Origin: an uncultured Alphaproteobacteria bacterium
GTDB lineage: Bacteria; Pseudomonadota; Alphaproteobacteria; Rhizobiales; Xanthobacteraceae
Direction of reading: 5' to 3'
DNA: 64,000 bases
Assembly (NCBI GenBank): GCA_963723335.1
Contig: CAVRQJ010000008.1
Coordinates: forward strand, 6,915 to 70,914
The translations under genes and the position numbers were made by a program. Positions 50,033 through 61,345 of this stretch are shown piece after piece (the first letter of the stretch is position 1; each line of letters starts with the position of its first letter). The notes below the pieces were generated by a model that was given only the letters and a program-made list of their open reading frames with translations, searched no databases and was not told the origin of the DNA.

Positions 50033-51010
50033 ATGCCATCCGTGAGCGACTGGAAGGTGCCGTCCTCCGCGCAGCCGAAGCCGGAGGATTACGGCTATGA
50101 TCTCGAGCAGGCCCTGTCCTGCGTGGTCGGGCTGCGCACCACGGTGCCGGCGGACGCGTTCACCGCGGACACGCTCGGCACCGAGCGCGCCGGCAGTGGC
50201 GTCTTCATCCGCGGCAACGGCCTCGTCCTGACGATCGGTTATCTCATCACCGAAGCGGATACGCTCTGGATCACACTCAACGACGGACGCGCGGTGCCGG
50301 GTCATGTGCTGGGCTACGACCAGGAAACCGGATTCGGCCTGGTGCAGGTACTCGCCAAGCTCGACGTGCCGTCGCTTGAGATCGGCGAGTCCGCCGCCGC
50401 CGCGATCGGCGAGCGCGTGGTGGTCGGCGGCTTCGGCGGACGACATCGCTCGGTCGCGGCCCGTATCGTCGCCAAGCAGGAATTCGCCGGCTACTGGGAA
50501 TATGTACTCGACGAGGCGATCTTCACCTCGCCCGCGCATCCGAACTGGGGCGGCACCGCGCTGATCGGACCGGCCGGCGATCTGATCGGCATCGGCTCGC
50601 TTCAGCTCCAGCACGCCGTCGAGAAGGGCCAGACCCAGGACATCAACATGATCGTCCCGATCGATCTGTTGAAACCGGTTGTCGATGACCTCCTGAAATT
50701 CGGCCGCAGGAATGCGCCGCCCCGGCCGTGGCTTGGCCTCTACGCCACGGAAGTCGAGAACCGGCTGGTGATCGTCGGACTGGCCGACCGCGGACCCGCC
50801 AGGAAAGCCGACATCAGGACTGGCGATATCATCCTGTCGGTCGCCGGAAAGGACGTGCGCGATCTCGCCGGCTTCTTCCGCCGTATCTGGGCGCAGGGCC
50901 AGGCCGGCGTCGACGTGCCAATCACGATCTATCGCGACGGCGAGACCATGGATTTGCGCGTCAAGTCGAGCGAGCGCAACCGCTTCCTCAAAGGGCCGAG
51001 TTTGCATTGA
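50033..51010 (+). CDS. HtrA/S1C-like trypsin-fold plus PDZ protein with the catalytic triad apparently replaced (pseudoprotease)
   Basis: GSGVFIRGNGLVLTIGYLI (Tyr at the His position), DQETGFGLVQV (Gly at the Asp position), PNWGGTALIG (no Ser in the GNSGG position). C-terminal PDZ GDIILSVAG. No signal peptide. Confidence 0.75.
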   Translation: MPSVSDWKVPSSAQPKPEDYGYDLEQALSCVVGLRTTVPADAFTADTLGTERAGSGVFIRGNGLVLTIGYLITEADTLWITLNDGRAVPGHVLGYDQETGFGLVQVLAKLDVPSLEIGESAAAAIGERVVVGGFGGRHRSVAARIVAKQEFAGYWEYVLDEAIFTSPAHPNWGGTALIGPAGDLIGIGSLQLQHAVEKGQTQDINMIVPIDLLKPVVDDLLKFGRRNAPPRPWLGLYATEVENRLVIVGLADRGPARKADIRTGDIILSVAGKDVRDLAGFFRRIWAQGQAGVDVPITIYRDGETMDLRVKSSERNRFLKGPSLH

Positions 51011-51015
51011 GAACC

Positions 51016-51082
51016 CGTCCGCTCGTCCCCGCGAAAGCGGGGACCCAGGAACTGGATTCCCGCTTGCGCGGGAATGAGCGGG
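51016..51082. repeat. REP-like element, family C
   Basis: GTCCCCGCGAAAGCGGGGAC...ATTCCCGCTTGCGCGGGAAT: two adjacent hairpins between convergent genes. Confidence 0.8.
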
Positions 51083-51096
51083 AAGAAATTGCGGCT

Positions 51097-51974
51097 CTAT
51101 TTCTCCTCAAACAGATCCCGCAATCCCTCGCGGTAAGTCGGATAGCGCAAGGTCACGCCAAGCTCGCGCTTGAGCTTGTCGTTTTTCACGCGCCGGCAGT
51201 CCTGCCAGAAACTCAAGGCCATCGGCGACATCGACGGCGCGGCGTCGGCAAAAGCGATTGCGGGCGGCGGCTCGCGTCCCATGAGTTGCGCGGCAAACAC
51301 GATCGGATCGCCGTGCGGCGCCGGCTCGTCATCGGCCACATTGAAAATCCCGGATGCTTTTCGGGCAAACGCCGCGCCGATCGCCTGGGCAATATCCCGG
51401 ACGTGGATACGGTTGAAAGTCTGCCCCTCCTTGACGATGCGCCGCGCCTTGCCGCTTGCGATCTGCACCAGCGCATTTTGTCCGGGACCGTAGATTCCGG
51501 CGAGGCGAAGCACTGCAACAGCGATACGGTGGCGCTCGCCGAAGTCCAGCCATGATTGCTCGGCCGCGGTGCGCGCGCGGCTGCGCGGAGAATTCGGCTC
51601 AAGCGGCGTTTGTTCATCGACCCAGGCGCCGTCATGATTGCCATAAACGCCGACAGTCGACAGATAGACAATCGACTTGAGATTTGTTGCGCCCGCGAGA
51701 GCGTCCGCGCATACGGCAAAAACGGGATCGCCATTCTCGCCCGGCGGAACCGAGAGCAGGACATCGTCTGCTTCGGCGATCGCGCTTTTCAGCTCCGGCG
51801 TCAGATTGTTGCCGCTGAATACAAGTGCCTTGAGATTGTCCGGGCGATACGCGTTGAGGATCGCCGCACGCTCGGCGCCGCGGAGCGTGCCGATGATGCG
51901 ATCGAAGCCGCCGCCGTAAATTTCGGCGAAATGTTCCGCGCAATAACCAAAGCCGAGGCAAAGGAGCGTCGGCA

Positions 51975-51975
<1 letters not shown>
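51097..51975 (-). CDS. atypical SDR/NAD-dependent epimerase family protein
   Basis: 292 aa from the internal ATG. YLSTVGVYG and LRLAGIYGPG. Its start shares one nt with the queG stop (TGATG). Confidence 0.78.
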
Positions 51976-53225
<1,250 letters not shown>

Positions 53226-53899
53226 GGCACATCGCCCAGATAGTCGGCAGCGGACAAATGCGCCGCCGCGCTCAGATCGGCATAGGTCAGCTTATCCCCG
53301 GCGAGCCAGTCACGCGCACGGACCAGCCAGCCGATATAGGCCAAATGGTACCTGATGTTGCTTTTTGCAGCACGCAGCGTTTCCGTGTCGGGCGGGCCGC
53401 CGCCGTCACCGGCCGGGATGTAGCGCTTATAGACCCGCTCCCGCACCAGCGCGCCCGAAACTTCCTCGAAGAACTTGTCGTTGAACCAGTTCATCAGGCG
53501 GCGCACCTCGATGCGTCCGCCGAGATCGGCCGGCAGCAGCCGGAATTCGCCGAAATCATGGCCGCGGGTCTCGTCGATATATTCCGCGATTACGCCTGCG
53601 CCGGGAACCGCGGGTGCGCCCTCCTCGATCAGGACCGGCGTGGTTCCGGCCGGATTGAGCGTGACAAATTCCTCACGCCGTTCCCAAACTCGCTCCTCCA
53701 CCAGCCGGACCGGCAGGCTGTATTCTTCGAGAACCAGCCGCACGAAGCGGGAATGCGGACAGATCGGATGATGCAATAGCGTCAGCATGCCGCCCTCGAG
53801 CCTTGCCCGAATCCCAACCATGCGTCAAAAGGCTGACGAAAAGGTTATGCCGTTTCCCGCCGGGCGCTGGCCGCCCCTTCCCTGCAGCGGAGATCGTCC

Positions 53900-54700
53900 A
53901 TGGACGCGATCAAGGCCATTATTCTCGGCATTGTCGAAGGCCTGACCGAGTTCATTCCGGTGTCCTCGACCGGGCATCTGCTTCTGGTCGGTCACTTCCT
54001 CGGCTTTGACGACGAATCGTTCGGCAAGTCGTTCGACGTGCTGATCCAGCTCGGCGCCATCCTGGCACTGCTGTCGATCTATTTCGGGCGGCTGTGGAAG
54101 CTTTTTCTCGGCATGTTCAGCAACCCCGACGACCGGCGCTTCGTCATCGGCGTGCTGGTCGCGTTTTTTCCCGCCATGGTGCTTGGCGCGCTGATCTACG
54201 GCTTCATCAAGAGCGTGCTGTTCAATGTCTGGATCGTCTGCACGATGTTCATCATCGGCGGCTTCGTCCTGTTGTGGATCGACCGGCTCGACCTCAAGCC
54301 GCGTTACCACGACGCGACCAAATTCTCGCTGCCGATGTATCTCGGCATCGGCGTGGTGCAGTGCCTGTCCATGGTGCCGGGCGTGTCGCGCTCCGGCGCC
54401 AGCATCGTGGCGGCGATGCTGTTCGGCGCCGACAAGCGCGCGGCGACAGAATTCTCGTTCTGGCTGGCCATGCCGACCATGGTCGGCGCCTTCGCGTTCG
54501 AAGCCTTCAAGAGCCGTCACGAGCTTGCCGGCAGCAACCTCGGGCTTATCGCGCTGGGTTTTGCGGTGTCGTTCGTCTGCGGCTGGTTCGTGGTCAAGAC
54601 GCTGCTCGGCTACGTCTCGCGCCACGGTTTTGCGCTGTTCGCCTGGTGGCGGATCGTGGTCGGTGCGCTGGGCCTGATCGCGCTGGCGCTGGGATTCTAA
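53900..54700 (+). CDS. uppP: undecaprenyl-diphosphate phosphatase
   Basis: [18 protein letters not shown] and [10 protein letters not shown] motifs. 266 aa, polytopic. Confidence 0.93.
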   Translation: MDAIKAIILGIVEGLTEFIPVSSTGHLLLVGHFLGFDDESFGKSFDVLIQLGAILALLSIYFGRLWKLFLGMFSNPDDRRFVIGVLVAFFPAMVLGALIYGFIKSVLFNVWIVCTMFIIGGFVLLWIDRLDLKPRYHDATKFSLPMYLGIGVVQCLSMVPGVSRSGASIVAAMLFGADKRAATEFSFWLAMPTMVGAFAFEAFKSRHELAGSNLGLIALGFAVSFVCGWFVVKTLLGYVSRHGFALFAWWRIVVGALGLIALALGF

Positions 54701-54717
54701 TTCGTCCCGAGGCGCGG

Positions 54718-55689
54718 CTACGCGGCGTGCGGACTGAACTGCCCGGTCTTGCGGAAACGCCACAGATAAGTCGGGACGATCGCTTGCATCGATTCCGGCG
54801 TGATGCCGATTCCTTCCAGCGTGCGGCCGTCGCGGCTGGCATCGTCGGAGACGACATTGTCGCGCTCAAGCAGCGCCACCTGGTCGGGTGTGATCGGCGG
54901 CTTCGGCAGATATTGCAGGAATGCCGCCTTGAACTTCATCAGCCCGAACGGCACCGGCAGCAGAAGGCGGCGGCGTCCGATGGTGCCGAGAACGAATTCC
55001 ATCAGTTCCTTGAACGTGCGCACGTCCGGTCCGCCTGCTTCGTAGATCGTGCCGGACTTCAGGCTGCCATCCACCGCCCTGGCGACGGCTTCGCCAATGT
55101 CGCCGGCAAAGACCGGCTGCATGCGGGTGTGGCCGCCGCCGACGAGCGGCAGCGCCGGTGCAAGCCGCGCCAGCGCCGCAAAGCGATTGAAGAAATCGTC
55201 CTCCGGACCGAAGACGACGGAAGGACGGACGATCACCGCCGTGCTTTGCGCGGCAAGGACTCGCCGTTCGCCCTCCGCCTTGGCCCGCGCATAATGCGAC
55301 GGTGAATTCTCGTCGGCGCCGATCGCCGAGATGTGAACCAGCGGGGCACTCACATCACTTGCCGCGCGCGCTACCGTCCCCGCGCCTTCGGCCATGATCG
55401 TGTCGAAGCGCTGGCGGCCGCGCTCGAACAGAATGCCGACCAGATTGACGACGGCGTCGGCGTCGCGCACCGCGGCCGCGACCGAGTCCGGATAGCGCAA
55501 ATTGGCCTGCACGGTCTGGATCTGGCCGACACGGCCCATCGGCCGCAAATAGCCGCCAAGGTCCGGGCGTCGCACCGCAACGCGAATGCGGTAGCCGCGG
55601 TTGGCGAGCGCGCGCACCACATGGCGGCCGACAAAGCCCGAGCCGCCGAACACAGTGACGAGGGTTTCAAGCTTGTTTTTCAGGGCCAT
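54718..55689 (-). CDS. NDUFA9-like NAD(P)-binding (complex I 39-kDa subunit family) protein
   Basis: VFGGSGFVGRHVV Rossmann motif. 323 aa from the internal ATG. Confidence 0.82.
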   Translation of the reverse strand: MALKNKLETLVTVFGGSGFVGRHVVRALANRGYRIRVAVRRPDLGGYLRPMGRVGQIQTVQANLRYPDSVAAAVRDADAVVNLVGILFERGRQRFDTIMAEGAGTVARAASDVSAPLVHISAIGADENSPSHYARAKAEGERRVLAAQSTAVIVRPSVVFGPEDDFFNRFAALARLAPALPLVGGGHTRMQPVFAGDIGEAVARAVDGSLKSGTIYEAGGPDVRTFKELMEFVLGTIGRRRLLLPVPFGLMKFKAAFLQYLPKPPITPDQVALLERDNVVSDDASRDGRTLEGIGITPESMQAIVPTYLWRFRKTGQFSPHAA

Positions 55690-55794
55690 CGGCGGCGGAA
55701 ATACAGGATCGCTCGGGCGCTGTATAGTGACTAGCCGCTTCGATTGACAAGAGAATGACCCATCCGTACCTATCGCCGCATTGCCCAAACGGGC

Positions 55795-55879
<85 letters not shown>

Positions 55880-55909
55880 TCCGAGCTCTGCCGCAATGGA
55901 CCGCATGAC

Positions 55910-56524
55910 ATGACCATCCGACTCCATCGCGGCGACCTGCCGGACCTGTCGCGCTACAAAGGCGCGGTGGCGATCGACACCGAGACGATGGGGCTCGACC
56001 TCAATCGCGACCGGCTTTGCGTGGTGCAATTGTCGCCGGGCGACGGTTCGGCCGACGTGGTGCAAATTCCGGCGGGCGCGAAAGACGCACCGAACCTGAA
56101 ACGGCTCCTGACCGACAAGAGCGTCCTGAAAATCTTTCACTTCGCGCGGTTCGATCTCGGCATGCTCTACAAGAATCTCGGCGTCATGCCGGAGCCGGTC
56201 TACTGCACCAAGATCGCGTCGCGGCTGGCGCGGACCTATACCGACAAGCACGGACTGAAAGATCTGGTGCGCGAAGTGCTGGGGCAGGATCTTTCCAAAC
56301 AACAGCAATCGTCCGATTGGGGCTCGGCCACGCTCAGCGACGCCCAGGTCTCTTATGCGGCCGCCGACGTCACCCATTTGCACGCGCTCAAGGAACGGCT
56401 CGACGCCATGCTTGCCCGCGAGGGCCGCACAGACCTCGCCGCCGCCTGTTTCCGCTTCCTGCCGGAGCGGGTGCGGCTCGACCTTGCCGGCTTCGCCGCC
56501 GACGACATTTTCGTGCATTCCTGA
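55910..56524 (+). CDS. short RNase D-like 3'-5' exonuclease (DEDDy)
   Basis: VAIDTETMGL (ExoI), KIFHFARFDL (ExoII) and YAAADVTHL (ExoIII). Confidence 0.85.
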   Translation: MTIRLHRGDLPDLSRYKGAVAIDTETMGLDLNRDRLCVVQLSPGDGSADVVQIPAGAKDAPNLKRLLTDKSVLKIFHFARFDLGMLYKNLGVMPEPVYCTKIASRLARTYTDKHGLKDLVREVLGQDLSKQQQSSDWGSATLSDAQVSYAAADVTHLHALKERLDAMLAREGRTDLAAACFRFLPERVRLDLAGFAADDIFVHS

Positions 56525-56665
56525 GCAAAGCGCCCGGGCCTCCCCTTTAATCTCCCGAAAAATCAGCCCTTCCGGGGCCACATTCGTGGGCGATTTTCGC
56601 AAGACAAGACCGTTGCGGCCGTGGTCTAAGGTGCGATTCGGGGCGGCGCCTGAAGGGATGCTTAC

Positions 56666-57364
56666 TTGGCCATTGTCTACCCCGAAAACGCAGCGAAGGG
56701 ATTTGCGGCAAGACCCCGTGGCGATTTCGACCGCGCCTATCGGGCGGCGCTGCGGCACTCCCGTTACGTGCGCTGGCTGCGCATCGGCGTGCCCGTGGGC
56801 ATTGCCGCCGTTTTGTTCGCCGTCGTCGGCGTCAATTATATGCCGCCGATCGGCGGTTTCCGCCTGCCGGGCGAACTCGGCAAGCTCGTCATCCACGGCA
56901 CCAAGATCACGATGCAGCAGCCGCGGCTGACCGGTTACACCACCGATTCACGCGCCTACGAATTCTCAGCCGACGCCGCCGCGCAGGACATCACCAAACC
57001 AAATCTTCTCGAGCTGGATAAACTCCACGCCAAGATGGAAATGGCGGACAAGAGCACGGTGGAAATGTCGGCCAACTCCGGCATCTATAACGTGAAGACC
57101 GAAATACTGAAGCTTGAGGACAATATTCAGCTCACGTCATCGACCGGCTACGAGGGGCGCTTGAGCGAAGCCGAAGTCGACGTGCGCAAGGGCAACGTCG
57201 TGTCCGACAAGCCGGTCTGGATAAAGCTGCTCAACGGCTTCCTCAACGCCAAGCGGCTCGACATCACCGACAACGGCACCGTGCTTCGTTTCAGCGATGT
57301 GGCAATGACGTTGCAGCCCGGCAAGGATGCTGCCGGCGAAACAACAAAGACCGATAACCAATGA
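56666..57364 (+). CDS. lptC: LPS export protein LptC
   Basis: N-terminal TM anchor followed by an OstA-like beta-jellyroll. Position upstream of lptA-lptB. TTG start. Confidence 0.8.
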   Translation: MAIVYPENAAKGFAARPRGDFDRAYRAALRHSRYVRWLRIGVPVGIAAVLFAVVGVNYMPPIGGFRLPGELGKLVIHGTKITMQQPRLTGYTTDSRAYEFSADAAAQDITKPNLLELDKLHAKMEMADKSTVEMSANSGIYNVKTEILKLEDNIQLTSSTGYEGRLSEAEVDVRKGNVVSDKPVWIKLLNGFLNAKRLDITDNGTVLRFSDVAMTLQPGKDAAGETTKTDNQ

Positions 57365-58038
57365 GCCGGGCCTTCCGTCTTTGTATCGGGCTTTTGGCCG
57401 TGGCCGTTTCGGCGCCGGCATTCGCGCAGGCGCCCCATCCCGCCGCGACGAGTCCGTTCCAAAATCTCGGCCAGGGCCAAAGTCAGCAGCAGCCAGTACA
57501 GATCGAGGCGGCGACGCTCGAGGTCCACGACAAGACCAAGACCGCGACGTTTTCCGGCAATGTGCAGGTGGTGCAGGGCGACACCACGATGAAGTGCCAG
57601 AGTCTCATCGTGTTCTATGGTCCGGAAGCCGGCGGGAACGCCACCAGCACGCCCGTCACGGCCACGACCGCCAAGCCCGCAGCCGGCATGCCCCAGGGTT
57701 CACAAAGTATCCGCCGCATCGAGGCGCGCGGCGGCGTCACCGTATTGACCAAGGACCAGAATGCGAGCGGCGATCTTGGCGTCTACGATCTCAAATCAAG
57801 GACGATCACACTGAGCGGCAATGTCGTGGTCAGCCAGGGCCAGAACGTCATTCACGGCGAACGCGTCGTGGTGGACACGGTGACGGGGAACGCGCGCGTC
57901 GAATCCGGCAGCAGCAATGGCGGAGCGGGCGCCGGCGCGCCCGGTCCGGGCCGCGTCCGCGCGCTGATCCAGCCCGGCAAGGGCCAGAACGGCAGCGAGT
58001 CGAATTTCATGACCCTCGGCCCGGGCAAACAGAATTGA
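57361..58038 (+). CDS. lptA: LPS transport periplasmic protein LptA
   Basis: Signal peptide ending AFAQ. OstA-N repeats (ATFSGNVQVVQGDTTMKC, ITLSGNVVVSQGQNVIHGERVVVD). Confidence 0.88.
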   Translation: MSRAFRLCIGLLAVAVSAPAFAQAPHPAATSPFQNLGQGQSQQQPVQIEAATLEVHDKTKTATFSGNVQVVQGDTTMKCQSLIVFYGPEAGGNATSTPVTATTAKPAAGMPQGSQSIRRIEARGGVTVLTKDQNASGDLGVYDLKSRTITLSGNVVVSQGQNVIHGERVVVDTVTGNARVESGSSNGGAGAGAPGPGRVRALIQPGKGQNGSESNFMTLGPGKQN

Positions 58039-58047
58039 CCCGCCGGG

Positions 58048-59211
58048 GTGTCACCGGCCCGCGTAAAATCAGCTAAAGTCAGCCAGCCAGACGATATTCA
58101 ACCCCGATTCGAAGGCGAAATTTCAGAAACCGGCGTGCCAGACATCTTCTCATATTTCCGCCGGCCTGCCGGCCCTGCACGCCGCGCGCCGCTCGCCGAG
58201 GGTGACGCGATCAAGCTCGACAGTATCGGCGGCGCCATCAGCAACAGCTATCTCGATATCGCAAGCGTGTCGGCGCCCGGGCCGGCGCCGGCTCCAACCG
58301 AACGGGCACGCAGCAAAACTTCGCCCGTTCCGCCGCCCGCGCCGCAGCCTTCATCGATTCCGCCGCCGGCCATCCCGCCTCCGGCACAGTCACGGCCGCA
58401 ACGTCCGCCCGTGGCGAAGAATGGCCAGCGGCCGGCCGCGCCGCCGCGCCGCCGTTCCGACGGCAATGGAGCGACGACCGGCGAGCGCCGGGGTGTGCTC
58501 ACGATCGATGGCGTGGAGAAAAGCTTCGTCGGGCGCAAAGTGGTCAAGGGCGTCAGCCTCTTCGTGCGCAAGGGCGAGGCGGTTGGCCTGCTCGGCCCCA
58601 ACGGCGCGGGCAAGACGACGGTGTTTTATATGATCACCGGCCTCATCAAGGCCGATCGGGGCCGTATCGAGCTCGATGGCCGCGACGTAACGCGGCTGCC
58701 GATGTACCAGCGGGCACGCCTCGGCATCGGCTATTTGCCCCAGGAAGCATCCATCTTCCGCGGCCTGAGCGTCGAAGAAAACATCCGCGCCGTGCTTGAA
58801 GTTGTGGAGCCCGATGCCAAGCGGCGCGAGCAGGATCTCAACTCGCTGCTCGATGAATTCAACATTGCCCGCCTGCGCAAGACGCCGGCGATCGCGCTGT
58901 CCGGCGGTGAACGGCGCCGCTGCGAAATCGCCCGCGCGCTCGCCACGCGGCCGAATTACATGCTGCTCGACGAGCCGTTTGCCGGCATCGATCCGATCGC
59001 TGTCGGGGATATCCAGGCGCTGGTGCGCCATCTCACCAATCGCGGCATCGGCGTCCTGATAACCGACCACAATGTGCGCGAGACGCTCGGCCTCACCGAC
59101 CGCGCCTACATCATCTATTCCGGCGAAGTTTTGATGGAGGGCCGCGCCGACGACATCGTCAACAACCCGGATGTCCGGCGGCTCTATCTCGGGGAAGAGT
59201 TCAGACTTTAA
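58048..59211 (+). CDS. lptB: LPS export ABC transporter ATPase LptB, ORF with about 145-aa Pro-rich N-terminal extension
   Basis: Walker A GPNGAGKTT, LSGGERRR, LLDEPFAGIDP. The canonical core starts near 58490. The extension start is unresolved. Confidence 0.88.
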   Translation: MSPARVKSAKVSQPDDIQPRFEGEISETGVPDIFSYFRRPAGPARRAPLAEGDAIKLDSIGGAISNSYLDIASVSAPGPAPAPTERARSKTSPVPPPAPQPSSIPPPAIPPPAQSRPQRPPVAKNGQRPAAPPRRRSDGNGATTGERRGVLTIDGVEKSFVGRKVVKGVSLFVRKGEAVGLLGPNGAGKTTVFYMITGLIKADRGRIELDGRDVTRLPMYQRARLGIGYLPQEASIFRGLSVEENIRAVLEVVEPDAKRREQDLNSLLDEFNIARLRKTPAIALSGGERRRCEIARALATRPNYMLLDEPFAGIDPIAVGDIQALVRHLTNRGIGVLITDHNVRETLGLTDRAYIIYSGEVLMEGRADDIVNNPDVRRLYLGEEFRL

Positions 59212-59297
59212 TCCTAACCGAAAACGGTTGGCGACTCCCGGTCCGATATGCTGTAAGAAAAAGAAGCAAGAATCGGACCAATTTAGTCAACCCGCCT

Positions 59298-60824
59298 ATG
59301 GCACTTTCCCAAAGACTGCAGATCCGCCAGAGCCAAGCCTTGGTGATGACGCCACAGCTGATGCAGGCCATCAAGCTGCTGCAGCTCTCGAATCTCGACC
59401 TGGTTGCCTATGTCGAAGCCGAACTTGAGCGTAATCCATTGCTCGACAACGGCCCGGAAACCGAGCCTCCCGTGCCGGGCGAAACCGACGGTGAAGCCCC
59501 CTCGCCCGACCAGTTCAGCAGCGGCGAGGCGCAAAATGGCGGCGAATTGGAGCTGAACGGCCAGGCCGCCACGGAACGCGCCGACAACCATCTTGACGAT
59601 ACGTCCCCCGACGATTCGGAATCGATCCGGCCGCGCACGTCGGACACACCCGCCGGCTACTCCGAATGGGCAAGCACCGGCTCCGGCGGCCGCGACGACG
59701 GCGACTACAATCTGGAAGCCTTTGTGTCCTCCGAGGTCACGCTGGCCAGCTGGCTTCGCGACCAGGTGACGCTCGCCATCACCGATCCGGTGCGGCGGAT
59801 GATCGGTCAATATCTGGTCGACCTGGTCGACGAGTCCGGATATCTGAGCGGCGACATCGCTGCGGCTGCGGACAAACTCGGCACCAGCCTCGCCGAGATC
59901 GAAGCCGTCCTCGTCATTCTGCAGAGTTTCGATCCGCCCGGCATCTGCGCGCGCGATCTCGCCGAATGTCTGGCAATCCAGCTCAAGGAGCGGGACCGCT
60001 ACGATCCCGCGATGCAGGCGCTGGTCACGCGCCTTGACCTGCTCGCCAGGCGCGATTTTGCAGCACTGAAGAAGATCTGCGGCGTCGGCGATGAAGACCT
60101 TGCCGACATGATCACGGAAATCCGGCAGCTCAATCCGAAACCCGGCCTCGCCTTCGGTTCGTCGATCGTGCAGCCGATCGTGCCGGATGTTTTCGTGCGG
60201 CCGGCGCCGGACGGCGCGTGGCTGGTCGAACTCAACACGGATACGCTGCCGAAAGTCCTGGTCAATCAAATCTATTATGCCGAAGTCTCGGCCACCGCGC
60301 GCCGCGACACGGAAAAATCCTACCTCGCCGATTGCCTGCAAAGCGCGACGTGGCTGGTGCGCGCGCTCGATCAGCGCGCCCGCACCATTCTCAAGGTCTC
60401 CAACGAAATCGTACGCCAGCAGGATGCATTCTTCGCCCGCGGCGTCGAGCATTTGCGGCCGCTCAATCTCAAGACCGTCGCCGAAGCCATCGGCATGCAC
60501 GAATCCACGGTGTCGCGCGTCACCGCGAACAAATACATGGCGACCAGCCGCGGGATTTTCGAACTCAAATATTTCTTTACGTCGGCGATTGCTGCCTCCC
60601 ATGGCGGCGAGGCGCATTCCGCCGAGGCGGTGCGGCACCGGATCAAGCAATTGATCGATGCGGAGGGCTCTGCCGATATCCTGTCCGACGACACCATTGT
60701 CGACAAGCTGCGCGAGGCTGACATCGACATTGCGCGGCGCACCGTCGCGAAATACCGCGAAGCCATGCGCATCCCCTCCTCCGTCCAGCGCCGGCGCGAA
60801 AAGCAGGCCATGACGGCCAATTGA
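59298..60824 (+). CDS. rpoN: RNA polymerase sigma-54 factor RpoN
   Basis: N-terminal LQIRQSQALVMTPQLMQAIKLLQ, HTH, and RpoN box ARRTVAKYRE. Confidence 0.95.
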   Translation: MALSQRLQIRQSQALVMTPQLMQAIKLLQLSNLDLVAYVEAELERNPLLDNGPETEPPVPGETDGEAPSPDQFSSGEAQNGGELELNGQAATERADNHLDDTSPDDSESIRPRTSDTPAGYSEWASTGSGGRDDGDYNLEAFVSSEVTLASWLRDQVTLAITDPVRRMIGQYLVDLVDESGYLSGDIAAAADKLGTSLAEIEAVLVILQSFDPPGICARDLAECLAIQLKERDRYDPAMQALVTRLDLLARRDFAALKKICGVGDEDLADMITEIRQLNPKPGLAFGSSIVQPIVPDVFVRPAPDGAWLVELNTDTLPKVLVNQIYYAEVSATARRDTEKSYLADCLQSATWLVRALDQRARTILKVSNEIVRQQDAFFARGVEHLRPLNLKTVAEAIGMHESTVSRVTANKYMATSRGIFELKYFFTSAIAASHGGEAHSAEAVRHRIKQLIDAEGSADILSDDTIVDKLREADIDIARRTVAKYREAMRIPSSVQRRREKQAMTAN

Positions 60825-60907
60825 CGCGGCGTTGACTCCGGCCTTCCCAATGCCTAGGTCGAGTCGAGGGCCGGGCCGCCCGGGCAACCGTAATTACGGA
60901 GGCAGCC

Positions 60908-61216
60908 ATGTCATTTCGTGTGTCAGGCCAAAATCTCGATCTCGGCGAAACGCTGCGTGAACGGATTTCCGATCGTATCGCCGAGACCGTGAAGAAGTAC
61001 TTCGACGGTGGCTATTCCGGTCACGCGACGCTGGCACGGGACGGGTTCGGGTTCCGTACCGAATGCGCGGTTCATCTCGATTCGAAAGTCACGCTGCACG
61101 CGGAAGGCGAAGCGGCCGACGCTTACACAAGTGCTGATCAGGCTGCGACGCGGATGGAAAAACAGTTGCGTCGTTATCATCGCCGGCTCAAGGATCACCG
61201 GGCGGATGCCCATTGA
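60908..61216 (+). CDS. hpf: ribosome hibernation promoting factor (short HPF/YfiA family)
   Basis: 102 aa. SD GGAGG. Conserved position between rpoN and ptsN. DAYTSADQAATRMEKQLRRY. Confidence 0.85.
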   Translation: MSFRVSGQNLDLGETLRERISDRIAETVKKYFDGGYSGHATLARDGFGFRTECAVHLDSKVTLHAEGEAADAYTSADQAATRMEKQLRRYHRRLKDHRADAH

Positions 61217-61345
61217 CGCGGTTGCGAGGCCTCCCTATGGTCCGCCGCCCTTAGCAGAATCCCGAAACGCTGAAGCGATTTCGGGACCATCATGCTCTTT
61301 AGAAAACGGCATTAGGCAGCACGCCTCGTTCCTCAGGTTCCATTC

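Noticed and set aside
49852-50100. 82-aa ORF bridging the PEP-mutase-family gene and the HtrA-like gene
   Set aside because: It overlaps both neighbours' ends, has poor start context and low-complexity sequence, and the region is better explained as a 138-nt intergenic spacer.
59283-60887. 534-aa minus-strand ORF
   Set aside because: Antisense shadow of rpoN, which carries the RpoN box and the conserved N-terminus.
60908-61345. Possibility that the 102-aa HPF is a truncated long-form HPF
   Set aside because: Only 129 nt separate it from ptsN and no frame there encodes a C-terminal dimerisation domain. A short HPF between rpoN and ptsN is the classical proteobacterial arrangement.
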